A stretch of 64,000 nucleotides of DNA from contig JAOPTT010000020.1 in assembly GCA_051531975.1 (NCBI GenBank), forward strand, positions 32,001 through 96,000, read 5' to 3'. The notes under the pieces were generated by a model. The model saw only the letters and a list, made by a program, of their open reading frames with translations. It did not search any database and was not told the origin of the DNA. The translations under genes and the position numbers were made by a program. How positions within the stretch are numbered: the first letter of the stretch is position 1; each line of letters opens with the position of its first letter. Below are positions 9,810-18,838 of the stretch, one piece after another. This DNA is from Spirochaetaceae bacterium (lineage in GTDB: Bacteria; Spirochaetota; Spirochaetia; DSM-2461).

Positions 9810-10655
9810 ATGAAAATTGAATATCAGATGCAAAAAAACTTAACATACAAAAATAGAACAGTATTCAGTAAAGTATCATTAGATAGTTTTGATAGAGTCC
9901 CCAAATTATATACAGATAACGAAGCTTGTTTTTTATTTGTTAATAGTGGGGAAATATCAGTAAGATCTCAAGATGATTATATGAATTTAGATAAAAACAC
10001 AGCTCTACTAGGTAAATGTTTAAACTATTTTTTTGAAATGAATAGACAGTTGAAACAGAAACAAAAAGGCATAGAAGTTCTTGGAATTATTCTCTATCCT
10101 GATATTGTTGAGGAGTTATTTGAATTCGATTTGGAAAATTATACCTATACAGTCAATTTTAACTTAAAGCAGATAGAAGTAGATAAATTGATGATTAATT
10201 TTAGAGAGAGCATCAATTTATTACTTGATAATCCAGAGTTGGCTGATGAGTTAATGATAAAAAATAAACTAAAAGAGTTTATATTATTACTTACAAAGTC
10301 CCAGAGAGCTCCATCTCAATATGATTTTCTATCTGCTATGTTTAAACCTAATAATGTTCATTTTAAAACAACTATCAGCCATAATATTTATAGTAATTTA
10401 ACAATAGATGAGATGTCACATTTATGTCACTTAAGTACATCTTCATATAAAAGGAAGTTTAAAGAGGTTTTTAATGAGACTCCTCAGAAATATATAGTTA
10501 ATAAGAAAATTGAAAAAGCTGCAGTGCTTCTTAAAAACTCAAATTTAAGAGTTTCAGAGATAGCTTATGAAATCGGTTTTGATTCTTTGTCTACTTTTAA
10601 TAGGAATTTCGTTAAAACATTTAATATATCTCCATCTAACTATCGATTGAACTAA
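9810..10655 (+). CDS. AraC-family transcriptional regulator (ExsA-like N-terminal domain)
   Basis: C-terminal double HTH: LSTSSYKRKFKEVF..VSEIAYEIGFDSLSTFNRNF. Confidence 0.92.
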   Translation: MKIEYQMQKNLTYKNRTVFSKVSLDSFDRVPKLYTDNEACFLFVNSGEISVRSQDDYMNLDKNTALLGKCLNYFFEMNRQLKQKQKGIEVLGIILYPDIVEELFEFDLENYTYTVNFNLKQIEVDKLMINFRESINLLLDNPELADELMIKNKLKEFILLLTKSQRAPSQYDFLSAMFKPNNVHFKTTISHNIYSNLTIDEMSHLCHLSTSSYKRKFKEVFNETPQKYIVNKKIEKAAVLLKNSNLRVSEIAYEIGFDSLSTFNRNFVKTFNISPSNYRLN

Positions 10656-10686
10656 TTTGATAACTTATTGATCTAATCTGATAAGT
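10647..10686 (+). promoter_or_regulatory. Tandem 21-bp-period direct repeat, candidate AraC binding site for the SDR gene
   Basis: TTGAACTAATTTGATAAC at 10647 and TTGATCTAATCTGATAAG at 10668. Confidence 0.65.
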
Positions 10687-10744
10687 TTATATTCAAATTT
10701 CTCCTTATATTATAATTAAGTGATTTGAATAGGAGATTTTAAAA

Positions 10745-11653
10745 ATGAATAAAAGAATAATGATTACAGGAGCAAACGCAGGACTTGGTAAAGAGAGTGC
10801 AAGACAGCTTGCATATGTAAATGGTACAGAAAAAGTAATTCTAGCCTGTAGAAACAGGGATAAAGCTTTAGCTGCACAAAATGAACTTGAAAATATAACA
10901 GGTAAAAAGATATATGAAATACTTATAATGGATGTTTCTAATCTGGAATCTGTTAAAAAAGCTGTTAACGAACTAGAAGTTCCAATCGACGCACTTATTA
11001 TGAATGCTGGTGGAATGGGTGGACCAACACCAAATAAAAAAACAGAAGATGGAGTAACACATATTGCAGCTTCAAATGTATTAGGACATGTTTTATTATT
11101 GGATGAACTTCTAAAAAAGAAGAGACTTAATAATGTCGCACTGTTTGCAGGTACTGAAGCTGCTAGAGGCGTACCTAAAATGGGAATGAAAAGACCAAGT
11201 TTAAAGACATCCTCGGTTGAGGAGTTTAAATCAATTTTTGACGGGTCTTTTTTTCCAGAAAATGTTAAACCAATGGTTTCATACGGACCTGTAAAATACG
11301 CTGCAATTATGAGTTTAATGTCTACATCTCGTAAATATCCAGATATAAAAATATTATCTATGAGCCCAGGTGGTACCAGTGGAACTGAGGCCGCAAAAAA
11401 CTTACCTGGAATAATGAAATTTATGATGGTTAAATTAATGCCTTTAATGGGAATGATGCATAGTTTAGAAACTGGGGCCAAAAGGTTTGTAGATGGAATA
11501 GCAGATAATAAATTCGAAAGTGGTAATTTTTATGCTAGTAAAGCAAAAGCAGTTACAGGGGCAATAATAGATCAAAGTGATATTTTCCCTGACTTAAAAA
11601 ATGAAACTTTTCAGGACAATGCTAATTTAGCAATTCATAACTTTATTAAATAA
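10745..11653 (+). CDS. SDR-family NAD(P)-dependent oxidoreductase
   Basis: TGANAGLG Rossmann motif, LACRN, MNAGG, YGPVK (YxxxK). Confidence 0.9.
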   Translation: MNKRIMITGANAGLGKESARQLAYVNGTEKVILACRNRDKALAAQNELENITGKKIYEILIMDVSNLESVKKAVNELEVPIDALIMNAGGMGGPTPNKKTEDGVTHIAASNVLGHVLLLDELLKKKRLNNVALFAGTEAARGVPKMGMKRPSLKTSSVEEFKSIFDGSFFPENVKPMVSYGPVKYAAIMSLMSTSRKYPDIKILSMSPGGTSGTEAAKNLPGIMKFMMVKLMPLMGMMHSLETGAKRFVDGIADNKFESGNFYASKAKAVTGAIIDQSDIFPDLKNETFQDNANLAIHNFIK

Positions 11654-11679
11654 ATATCACATTATTATAATAACTGTGT

Positions 11680-11710
11680 TATATCTTCTATTAATTATAT
11701 AGAAGATATA
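11680..11710. terminator. 12-bp perfect AT-rich stem-loop between convergent genes
   Basis: TATATCTTCTAT (11680-11691)/ATAGAAGATATA (11699-11710). Confidence 0.5.
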
Positions 11711-11713
11711 TAC

Positions 11714-11766
11714 ATGCCTATAATTAAAAATATAAAAGGTAGGAATATACTTGATTCTTCGGTAAT
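11714..11766 (+). pseudogene. eno: Decayed 5' stub of an enolase gene
   Basis: ATG at 11714 reads MPIIKNIKGRNILDS, then after a 1-nt shift GN; resembles the conserved enolase N-terminus M..I..I.AREILDSRGNPT. Confidence 0.6.
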
Positions 11767-12569
11767 TATATATCTTCATGGTTCACATTTTGAAAAGTAT
11801 TTAATTCCAATAATACTTTTTTTCTAAAAGTTCCAGGAGGAATATTACATTTACTTTTAAACAATTTATTAAAATATTGTGTATCAGGTATTCCTACTGA
11901 AGAACAAATCTCTTTTATAGATAATGTCGTTGTTGCTAAAAGTTCCTGGGAACGTTTTATTCGTAAATTATTTAGATATTTAAGTGGTGGATCATCAAAA
12001 TAATCTTTAAATATAACAGAAAAATAACCGGGAGCATAACATGCTATTTCAGATAATTCATTTATACTTAAAACCTTGTTCAAATTCGCTTCCATATATT
12101 TTTTAACATTCAATAAAGGGATAGGGCATTGTTCATTAGAATCCTCTATAAAATTTGATAACAAAATATCTATAGAACCTCTAACAAGCATTTCTGATTT
12201 AAGATCAGAATTAGTATAATTTGCAGAGATATTATTAAACATATTTGTTAAGTTATATGTAGATTCTGGACTATTTATTAGTATTGGACTGTAATCAATA
12301 AAACTGTATAGATCTTTATCATAATTAATTGTGAAATTTATATAACTATGGTCAAGATAGGATTTACATTTAGATTGTATCAGAGAAAATGAAGGTAGTA
12401 GGTATAGGTTATCTTTTTTAAGTTCTATTATACGATCATTAGTTATTATCTGAGCCTCTCCGCTATGTATAAAGTATAATCTGTTTACAGGTAGTGCTGT
12501 TAAATCCTTAGACCATTTGGATCCAACTCTACTACGACCTGCAGTATGAATATTATAATAATTTAACAT
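11766..12569 (-). CDS. AraC-family regulator (cupin sensor + HTH)
   Basis: LYFIHSGEA cupin; YAPGYFSVIFK..SIKEICSSVGIPDTQYFNKLFK. Confidence 0.9.
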   Translation of the reverse strand: MLNYYNIHTAGRSRVGSKWSKDLTALPVNRLYFIHSGEAQIITNDRIIELKKDNLYLLPSFSLIQSKCKSYLDHSYINFTINYDKDLYSFIDYSPILINSPESTYNLTNMFNNISANYTNSDLKSEMLVRGSIDILLSNFIEDSNEQCPIPLLNVKKYMEANLNKVLSINELSEIACYAPGYFSVIFKDYFDDPPLKYLNNLRIKRSQELLATTTLSIKEICSSVGIPDTQYFNKLFKSKCNIPPGTFRKKVLLELNTFQNVNHEDI

Positions 12570-12666
12570 TAAATCTCCATATCTGAGAAATATACAATGA
12601 TGACTAGGTTTTCTCTATTTAATTATGATGTTTTATACAAGATAATGTAAGTACTGGGAGATAATA

Positions 12667-14421
12667 ATGAGTAAAAAACCTAATGTAGTATTTGTATTAA
12701 CTGATGACCAAGGATATGGCGATCTTAGTTGCACTGGAAATCCATGGCTAAAAACTGACAATATTGACTCATTTTATAATGATTCTATGATAATGAATAA
12801 TTTTCATGTTGGACCTACATGTGCACCTACTAGGGCAACACTAATGACAGGACATTATGCTAATTCAACAGGTGTATGGCATACAGTTGGTGGCCGGTCT
12901 CTGCTTAGAGAAGATGAAGTCTCTATTGCTACAGCGTTTAAAAATGGTGGTTATAAAACAGGAATCTTTGGTAAATGGCATCTTGGTGATAATGCTCCAT
13001 ATAGACCCCAGGATAGAGGTTTTGATAAAGCCATTGTTCATGGTGGAGGTGGTATAAGCCAGGCTCCAGATTATTGGGGTAACGATTATTTTGATGATAC
13101 ATATATGGTAAATGGTGAGTTTAAAAAATTTGAAGGTTATTGCACCGATGTTTGGTTTAGAGAAGGTATTAACTTTATTAAAGAGAACAAAGAGAATCCA
13201 TTTTTCTGTTATATACCAACAAATGCACCCCATGGACCATTTAATATAATGAAAAAGTATAGGGATCTATATAAAGAAAAACTGGATATAACAGATGCAA
13301 AACAGAGAGAGCGTTTTTATGGAATGATTACTAATCTGGATGAAAACTTTGGAATATTAAGAGATACATTAAAAGAACTGGAGTTGGAAGATAATACTAT
13401 TTTAATCTTTATGACTGATAACGGAACATCCTGTGGTGCTACTTTTGATGATTCTGGAAAGCTTATAGATGGCTGGAATAACGGACTTAGAGGCTGTAAA
13501 AACTCAGAGTATGATGGAGGTCACAGAGTTCCATTTTTCTTAAGATGGCCAAATGGTGGTTATGATGGTGGTAAAAATATAGATCAGCTAACAGCAAGTA
13601 TTGATTTAATGCCCACACTACTTGAGATGTGTGGAGTAGAACACGGTTTAACATTTCATGGTAAATCTATTGTTCCACTACTGGATGGAAATTCAGATAA
13701 ATGGACAGATAGAGCTGTTGTAACAGACTCCCAAAGGGTTACAGATCCAATTAAATGGCGTAAAAGTGCAGTAATGACAAATAGATGGCGTTTAATAAAT
13801 GGCTTAGAGTTATACGATATGAATAATGACCGTTTACAACAGAATAATTTAGCTTTAGATCAACCGGAAGTTGTTATTAGTTTAAGAGAAGAGTATGACA
13901 AATGGTGGGATCTCGTTAAGCAAAAATATGATGAAGAGATACCTATATCCATTGGTTTCAATTCAGAAAGAGTCCGCCTATCATCCCATGATTGGAGAGG
14001 TGATGGAGATCATGCTGTATGGAATCAGTCTCAGATAAGAGATGGAAGAATTACAAATAGCTATTGGGAAATTAATGTCAAAGAGTCCGGAACATATGAA
14101 ATAGAAATGTGCCGATGGCCAATAGAGGGAAATGGTAGATCTATTAGAGAGGGAATAGATGGAGATGACATCGTCTGGAATAAAAATGATGTAGACGAAA
14201 CTAAATATGATTTTTATACAGGTGGTAAAGCCCTAAACATAATTAAAGCATCGATACTGATTGATGATATTAATAAGCAATCGGATGTAAATGATAGTGA
14301 TAATAGTATTAAATTCAGAGTAGAAATAAAAAAAGGTAAAACACATCTACAAACATATTTTACAACTGAAAGTGGGGATAGTCTTGGTGCTTATTATACC
14401 TATGTGACCAAAGTGTTATAG
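12667..14421 (+). CDS. Formylglycine-dependent S1 sulfatase (arylsulfatase-like, possibly S1_17)
   Basis: PNVVFVLTDDQG, CAPTR, GKWHLG, TDNG; extra C-terminal domain; no signal peptide. Confidence 0.92.
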   Translation: MSKKPNVVFVLTDDQGYGDLSCTGNPWLKTDNIDSFYNDSMIMNNFHVGPTCAPTRATLMTGHYANSTGVWHTVGGRSLLREDEVSIATAFKNGGYKTGIFGKWHLGDNAPYRPQDRGFDKAIVHGGGGISQAPDYWGNDYFDDTYMVNGEFKKFEGYCTDVWFREGINFIKENKENPFFCYIPTNAPHGPFNIMKKYRDLYKEKLDITDAKQRERFYGMITNLDENFGILRDTLKELELEDNTILIFMTDNGTSCGATFDDSGKLIDGWNNGLRGCKNSEYDGGHRVPFFLRWPNGGYDGGKNIDQLTASIDLMPTLLEMCGVEHGLTFHGKSIVPLLDGNSDKWTDRAVVTDSQRVTDPIKWRKSAVMTNRWRLINGLELYDMNNDRLQQNNLALDQPEVVISLREEYDKWWDLVKQKYDEEIPISIGFNSERVRLSSHDWRGDGDHAVWNQSQIRDGRITNSYWEINVKESGTYEIEMCRWPIEGNGRSIREGIDGDDIVWNKNDVDETKYDFYTGGKALNIIKASILIDDINKQSDVNDSDNSIKFRVEIKKGKTHLQTYFTTESGDSLGAYYTYVTKVL

Positions 14422-14428
14422 TACACTG

Positions 14429-14456
14429 TTGACAATCTCATTTTATAGGGTAGAAT
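14429..14456 (+). promoter_or_regulatory. Sigma70 promoter candidate
   Basis: TTGACA (14429-14434), 16-nt spacer, TAGAAT (14451-14456), upstream of the large AraC gene. Confidence 0.55.
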
Positions 14457-14482
14457 AATCTACTACAGCAGGGGGATAAATA

Positions 14483-16771
14483 GTGTTTTTCAAAAAAAAA
14501 CAGGTGAAAACTAAAAAGAGTATATTTAGAAGGTTTTTTATTCCGTATATGGTTTTACTTTTAATATTTTTTATCCCTCAGTTAATTATTAATCAGAACT
14601 TTTATAATAACCTTAAGTCTAATCACTCTGAAAAAATTAAGGAATTAACAAATAGGAGTCAAAAACAGGTAGATTCAAGATTTACTGAAATAGATAATAT
14701 CATGTCACAGATAATACTTGATCCTGAATTCAGATATTCTGCCCTCTCTTACTCTACAGATTCAAAAAAACTTTATAACTATGCTCTCTCTCTCCCTCGG
14801 TATCAATATATTAATAGTGTTCTTGAGGATATAATTATCTATTTTTATCAAAATGAGCTTTTTATTAAACCTGGAGTATTTTCATTAAGACCAGAAACAT
14901 TTTTTAAAGCAAATATTAATGATAATTATGTGAATTATAAACCCTGGGTAGAAGATATTAAATCAAATATAGGAGTTGATAGGTTTTTTAGATCATCCTT
15001 TAAGAACCTGGGTTTTGATACAACAACAGCAGATTTAATAACTTATATAAAAGATTTTCCAATAGGTAATAAAAATTCTACAAAAGGTATAATAATGTCT
15101 TCAATCTCCTTAAAAAGTCTTTTTTCAACTTTTGATAAAACTCAATTTGGTGAAAAAGGGGATTTTATTATTTTATATAATGATGAGTTTCTAGCATCTC
15201 TAAATTTTGTAGATAATTATAATCATCTTAATTTAAAAGAACTGCAACATAGTTCTACAGTTGAAATTGGTATAGAAACATTTCAGGTAATAACAATAAA
15301 ATCTAGATTTAAAGGGATCACTTATGTATCTTTAATACCTGATACTCTATTACTTCATCAGATTAATAATTTTTTAAACATCTCAATTACTGTGTTTATA
15401 ATCTTTTTGCTTATTGGAATATCAATCTCAATATTTTTTGCACTACAATCAACTAAACCAATTAATAAATTGTTTAATCTTATAGATTCCAAGGAAAAAA
15501 ATAACAAACAGGACAGTAGATTTAACTCCTTTGAGGATATTTTTACTTCTGTGGAGAAGATTGTGGATAAAAATGATCTTTTACAGGTAAATATAAAGAA
15601 AAACAGAGATAATCTTAAGTCAGGTTTTCTATCACAACTTATTTTTGGTAACTTTAAAGATCAAGAAACTTTAAATAGCTATCTAAACTATATTGAACTT
15701 CCATTATTAAGTAAAAATTACATATTGACCATTGGAAAACTAACCGGTTTTAATATTGATAATAAAGATAGAGAGGTAATAGAGGAGCTGGAACAAAAAA
15801 AGCTACTGATTAAAACAGTTATAGAAGAAGAGTTCAATGATTCTGTATTAATACAGAATTTACAAAGTGATAAAGTTATAATTCTATTTCATAGCAATAA
15901 AGGTTTTGATAAAAATATTATTAAATCATTTCTTAACCGAATAAGTCAAAAACTAGAAGATCACCTTAAGATAAAGAGTCAATTTGCTTTAGGTAATGTT
16001 TATAATAAAATAATCGATACAGCATTTTCATATAAAAGGGTTATAACTATATTTAATAATCCTGTACCTGCAGGGGATAGGGTAATATGTGTGGATAATA
16101 GTAATTTTACTGAAAAAATATGGACCTACTCCCTTGAAACAGAGTTACAGTTAATTTCTTTAGTAAGAATGGGGGAGTTTACAAAATCTATCGGTCTTTT
16201 TAATCAGCTAAAAGAGGATAATGAAAATTTAAGCCGAAGCAGAAAACTTGATTTTTTATATGAACTAAGTGGAACAGTATACAAGTTAGCTTACCAGTTA
16301 TTAGATGAAGATAATATCGCATCATTTGAAATACAGATGAACAAAAATAGGCATAGTGAACATATAATGGACTATTACACAGGTATAGAAGAACAGATAA
16401 AACAACTATGTTCAATTTCTGAAAAAAATAAAGAGAGCCACAATACCCAGCTAAGAGACTCTGTATTAAAATATGTTAATGATCACTATGCTGATTTTGA
16501 TATTAATCTTTACAAAGTTGCATCCCATTTTAATTTGGCTGAAAAATATCTTTCCCGCTTTTTTAAGGATCAGGGTGGACATAATTTTGCAAGTTATATT
16601 GAAGATCTTAGAATGAACCATGCTGTAATGTTAATGAGTGATACAAAATACTCCTTAACTGAAATATCTAAAAAGGTTGGATATTGTAGCCATAATACTT
16701 TTTATAAAGCATTTAAAAGAAAATTCAGCGTAAGTCCTGGTGTTTACAGGGAAAAAATGTCAGATAAGTAG
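14483..16771 (+). CDS. Membrane-spanning YesS-like AraC regulator (TM - extracytoplasmic sensor - TM - C-terminal AraC HTH)
   Basis: Two TM helices flanking a ~260-aa sensor; C-terminal LAEKYLSRFFK..EISKKVGYCSHNTFYKAFKR; no histidine-kinase motifs. Confidence 0.88.
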   Translation: MFFKKKQVKTKKSIFRRFFIPYMVLLLIFFIPQLIINQNFYNNLKSNHSEKIKELTNRSQKQVDSRFTEIDNIMSQIILDPEFRYSALSYSTDSKKLYNYALSLPRYQYINSVLEDIIIYFYQNELFIKPGVFSLRPETFFKANINDNYVNYKPWVEDIKSNIGVDRFFRSSFKNLGFDTTTADLITYIKDFPIGNKNSTKGIIMSSISLKSLFSTFDKTQFGEKGDFIILYNDEFLASLNFVDNYNHLNLKELQHSSTVEIGIETFQVITIKSRFKGITYVSLIPDTLLLHQINNFLNISITVFIIFLLIGISISIFFALQSTKPINKLFNLIDSKEKNNKQDSRFNSFEDIFTSVEKIVDKNDLLQVNIKKNRDNLKSGFLSQLIFGNFKDQETLNSYLNYIELPLLSKNYILTIGKLTGFNIDNKDREVIEELEQKKLLIKTVIEEEFNDSVLIQNLQSDKVIILFHSNKGFDKNIIKSFLNRISQKLEDHLKIKSQFALGNVYNKIIDTAFSYKRVITIFNNPVPAGDRVICVDNSNFTEKIWTYSLETELQLISLVRMGEFTKSIGLFNQLKEDNENLSRSRKLDFLYELSGTVYKLAYQLLDEDNIASFEIQMNKNRHSEHIMDYYTGIEEQIKQLCSISEKNKESHNTQLRDSVLKYVNDHYADFDINLYKVASHFNLAEKYLSRFFKDQGGHNFASYIEDLRMNHAVMLMSDTKYSLTEISKKVGYCSHNTFYKAFKRKFSVSPGVYREKMSDK

Positions 16772-16823
16772 AAATAATCCATGTTCACTACACATCATCA
16801 GCCTTAAATGTAGAAATAATCCA
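16768..16823 (+). promoter_or_regulatory. 14-bp direct repeat GTAGAAATAATCCA, 42 bp apart; candidate activator site for the ABC operon
   Basis: Exact copies at 16768-16781 and 16810-16823. Confidence 0.65.
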
Positions 16824-16904
16824 CTACTAATTTACCATTTCAACTACTCCAATATCGATATTTGATACAATAATTATATTATCAAGTATCGGCGAGGAGG
16901 ATAT

Positions 16905-17834
16905 ATGAGAAGCAAATTGACATCAGGTTCAATTCTAAAAGATTTTCGTAAAAACTATCAGTTACATATAATTGTACTGATTCCAATTGTGTTTATTATT
17001 ATTTTTAACTATATACCTATGTATGGAGTGCAAATTGCATTTAAAAACTTTATTCCAATAAAAGGAATAATGGATAGTCCATGGGTTGGATTAAAATATT
17101 TTAAAAGGTTTTTTGATTCACCAATGTTTGGTAGGGTAATGTGGAATACCATTTCATTAAGTGTATATCAACTTGTTGCAGGATTCCCAATACCTATTCT
17201 TTTAGCACTGGCTATGAACAATACTAAAAAGAAATTGTTTAAAAAAAATGTTCAGATGTGGACTTATGCCCCCCATTTTATATCAACAGTTGTTCTTATT
17301 GGAATGATGTACCAGTTTTTCTCACCAAAATTGGGAATTGTAAATGATGTTATTAAACTTTTTGGTGGTGACCCAAAAATGTTCATGGGTAATCCTATGT
17401 ATTTCAGACATATGTTTGTATGGTCAGGAGTATGGCAGAGAGCGGGCTGGAGTTCAATAATTTATCTATCAGCTCTATCAGCTGTAGATACTTCCCTGCA
17501 TGAAGCTGCAATTGTAGATGGTGCAAATAGGTTACAGAGAGTGTGGCATATTGATATACCAGCAATTGTTCCAACAATGGTAACACTTTTTATTCTTAAT
17601 TTTGGTCGGGTGATGTCCATTGGTTTTGAAAAGGCACTTTTAATGCAAAATGCAACAAACCTAGAAGCCTCGGAAATAATTTCTACCTACGTATATAAAG
17701 TTGGTTTAGCATCTACAGTTCCAAACTTTTCATATGCGTCAGCTATAGGTCTATTTAATTCAGCAATAAACTTTGCCCTCTTAATCATAGTCAATAGAGC
17801 AGCTAAAAAAATGACAGAGACATCACTTTGGTAG
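16905..17834 (+). CDS. Carbohydrate ABC transporter permease (LplB-like)
   Basis: YIPMYGVQIAFK, EAA loop HEAAIVDGANRLQ. Confidence 0.93.
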   Translation: MRSKLTSGSILKDFRKNYQLHIIVLIPIVFIIIFNYIPMYGVQIAFKNFIPIKGIMDSPWVGLKYFKRFFDSPMFGRVMWNTISLSVYQLVAGFPIPILLALAMNNTKKKLFKKNVQMWTYAPHFISTVVLIGMMYQFFSPKLGIVNDVIKLFGGDPKMFMGNPMYFRHMFVWSGVWQRAGWSSIIYLSALSAVDTSLHEAAIVDGANRLQRVWHIDIPAIVPTMVTLFILNFGRVMSIGFEKALLMQNATNLEASEIISTYVYKVGLASTVPNFSYASAIGLFNSAINFALLIIVNRAAKKMTETSLW

Positions 17835-17843
17835 GAGAAGGAA

Positions 17844-18785
17844 ATGAGTAATACAGAGATGACAAAAAAAACAGAAGTACCAAAGTTAATTACTAAAAAC
17901 AGAAGGGTGCAAGATGAGAAGTTATTCTATTTTTTAAACGACTCAATACTTTTTATAATATTCCTATTGGTATTTTATCCACTGGTTTATATTGTAAGTG
18001 CTTCCTTTAGCTCACCTAATGCTGTTTCAGCAGGTAGAGTTTGGTTGTTTCCTGTGGATTTTTCTCTGGCAGGTTATGACGCAGTATTTGGACACAGAGG
18101 AATATTTACAGGCTATGTAAATTCAATTATTTATACAGTATTAGGGACAATCTTTAATATATTTCTTACTGTTTTAGCTGCATACCCACTATCTAGGAAA
18201 AAGTTTAAAGCAAAAAATATCTATATGTTTATTTTTGTTTTTACAATGTTTTTTAATGGTGGTCTTATTCCAACTTATATGCTTGTAGCCAAGCTTGGAC
18301 TAATAAATACAAGAGCCATTATGGTACTTATGGGGGGGATATCAGTATATAACATGATTATTACCAGATCTTTTTTCCAGAGTGCAATTCCTGATTCTTT
18401 AATAGAGGCGGCAGAGTTAGATGGTCTGAGTGATATTGGTATTCTGTTACATATATTTTTACCACTTTCTAAAGCTGTACTGGCTGTAATAACACTATTT
18501 TATGCAGTATTCCACTGGAATCAGTTTTTTGATGCTTTTATCTACCTAGGAGATAAAAAGTTATTCCCTCTTCAGTTATATCTAAGAGAGATACTTATAA
18601 TGAATCAAATCGACCAATCCATGCTTGAAACAATGGATATGGAAGAGATGATGGCACGGGAAGGACTTGCAGACTTGTTAAAATACTCACTAATTATTGT
18701 GGCAAGTGTACCTGTAATGCTTATCTACCCATTTATCCAGAAACACTTTGTTCAGGGTGTAATGATTGGATCTATAAAAGGTTAA
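17844..18785 (+). CDS. Carbohydrate ABC transporter permease (LplC-like)
   Basis: MFFNGGLIPTY, EAAELDG, YPFIQKHFVQGVMIGSIKG. Confidence 0.93.
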   Translation: MSNTEMTKKTEVPKLITKNRRVQDEKLFYFLNDSILFIIFLLVFYPLVYIVSASFSSPNAVSAGRVWLFPVDFSLAGYDAVFGHRGIFTGYVNSIIYTVLGTIFNIFLTVLAAYPLSRKKFKAKNIYMFIFVFTMFFNGGLIPTYMLVAKLGLINTRAIMVLMGGISVYNMIITRSFFQSAIPDSLIEAAELDGLSDIGILLHIFLPLSKAVLAVITLFYAVFHWNQFFDAFIYLGDKKLFPLQLYLREILIMNQIDQSMLETMDMEEMMAREGLADLLKYSLIIVASVPVMLIYPFIQKHFVQGVMIGSIKG

Positions 18786-18788
18786 TTT

Positions 18789-18806
18789 AACCGTAGGTTT
18801 ACGGTT
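18789..18806 (+). other. Short stem-loop immediately upstream of the SBP gene
   Basis: AACCGTA-GGTT-TACGGTT. Confidence 0.4.
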
Positions 18807-18838
18807 TATTAAATATTAAAAAATAATAGGAGATTTTA

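Noticed and set aside
10705..11481. 258-aa antisense ORF
   Set aside because: Lies opposite the SDR gene, has no motifs, and long antisense frames are common opposite SDR genes
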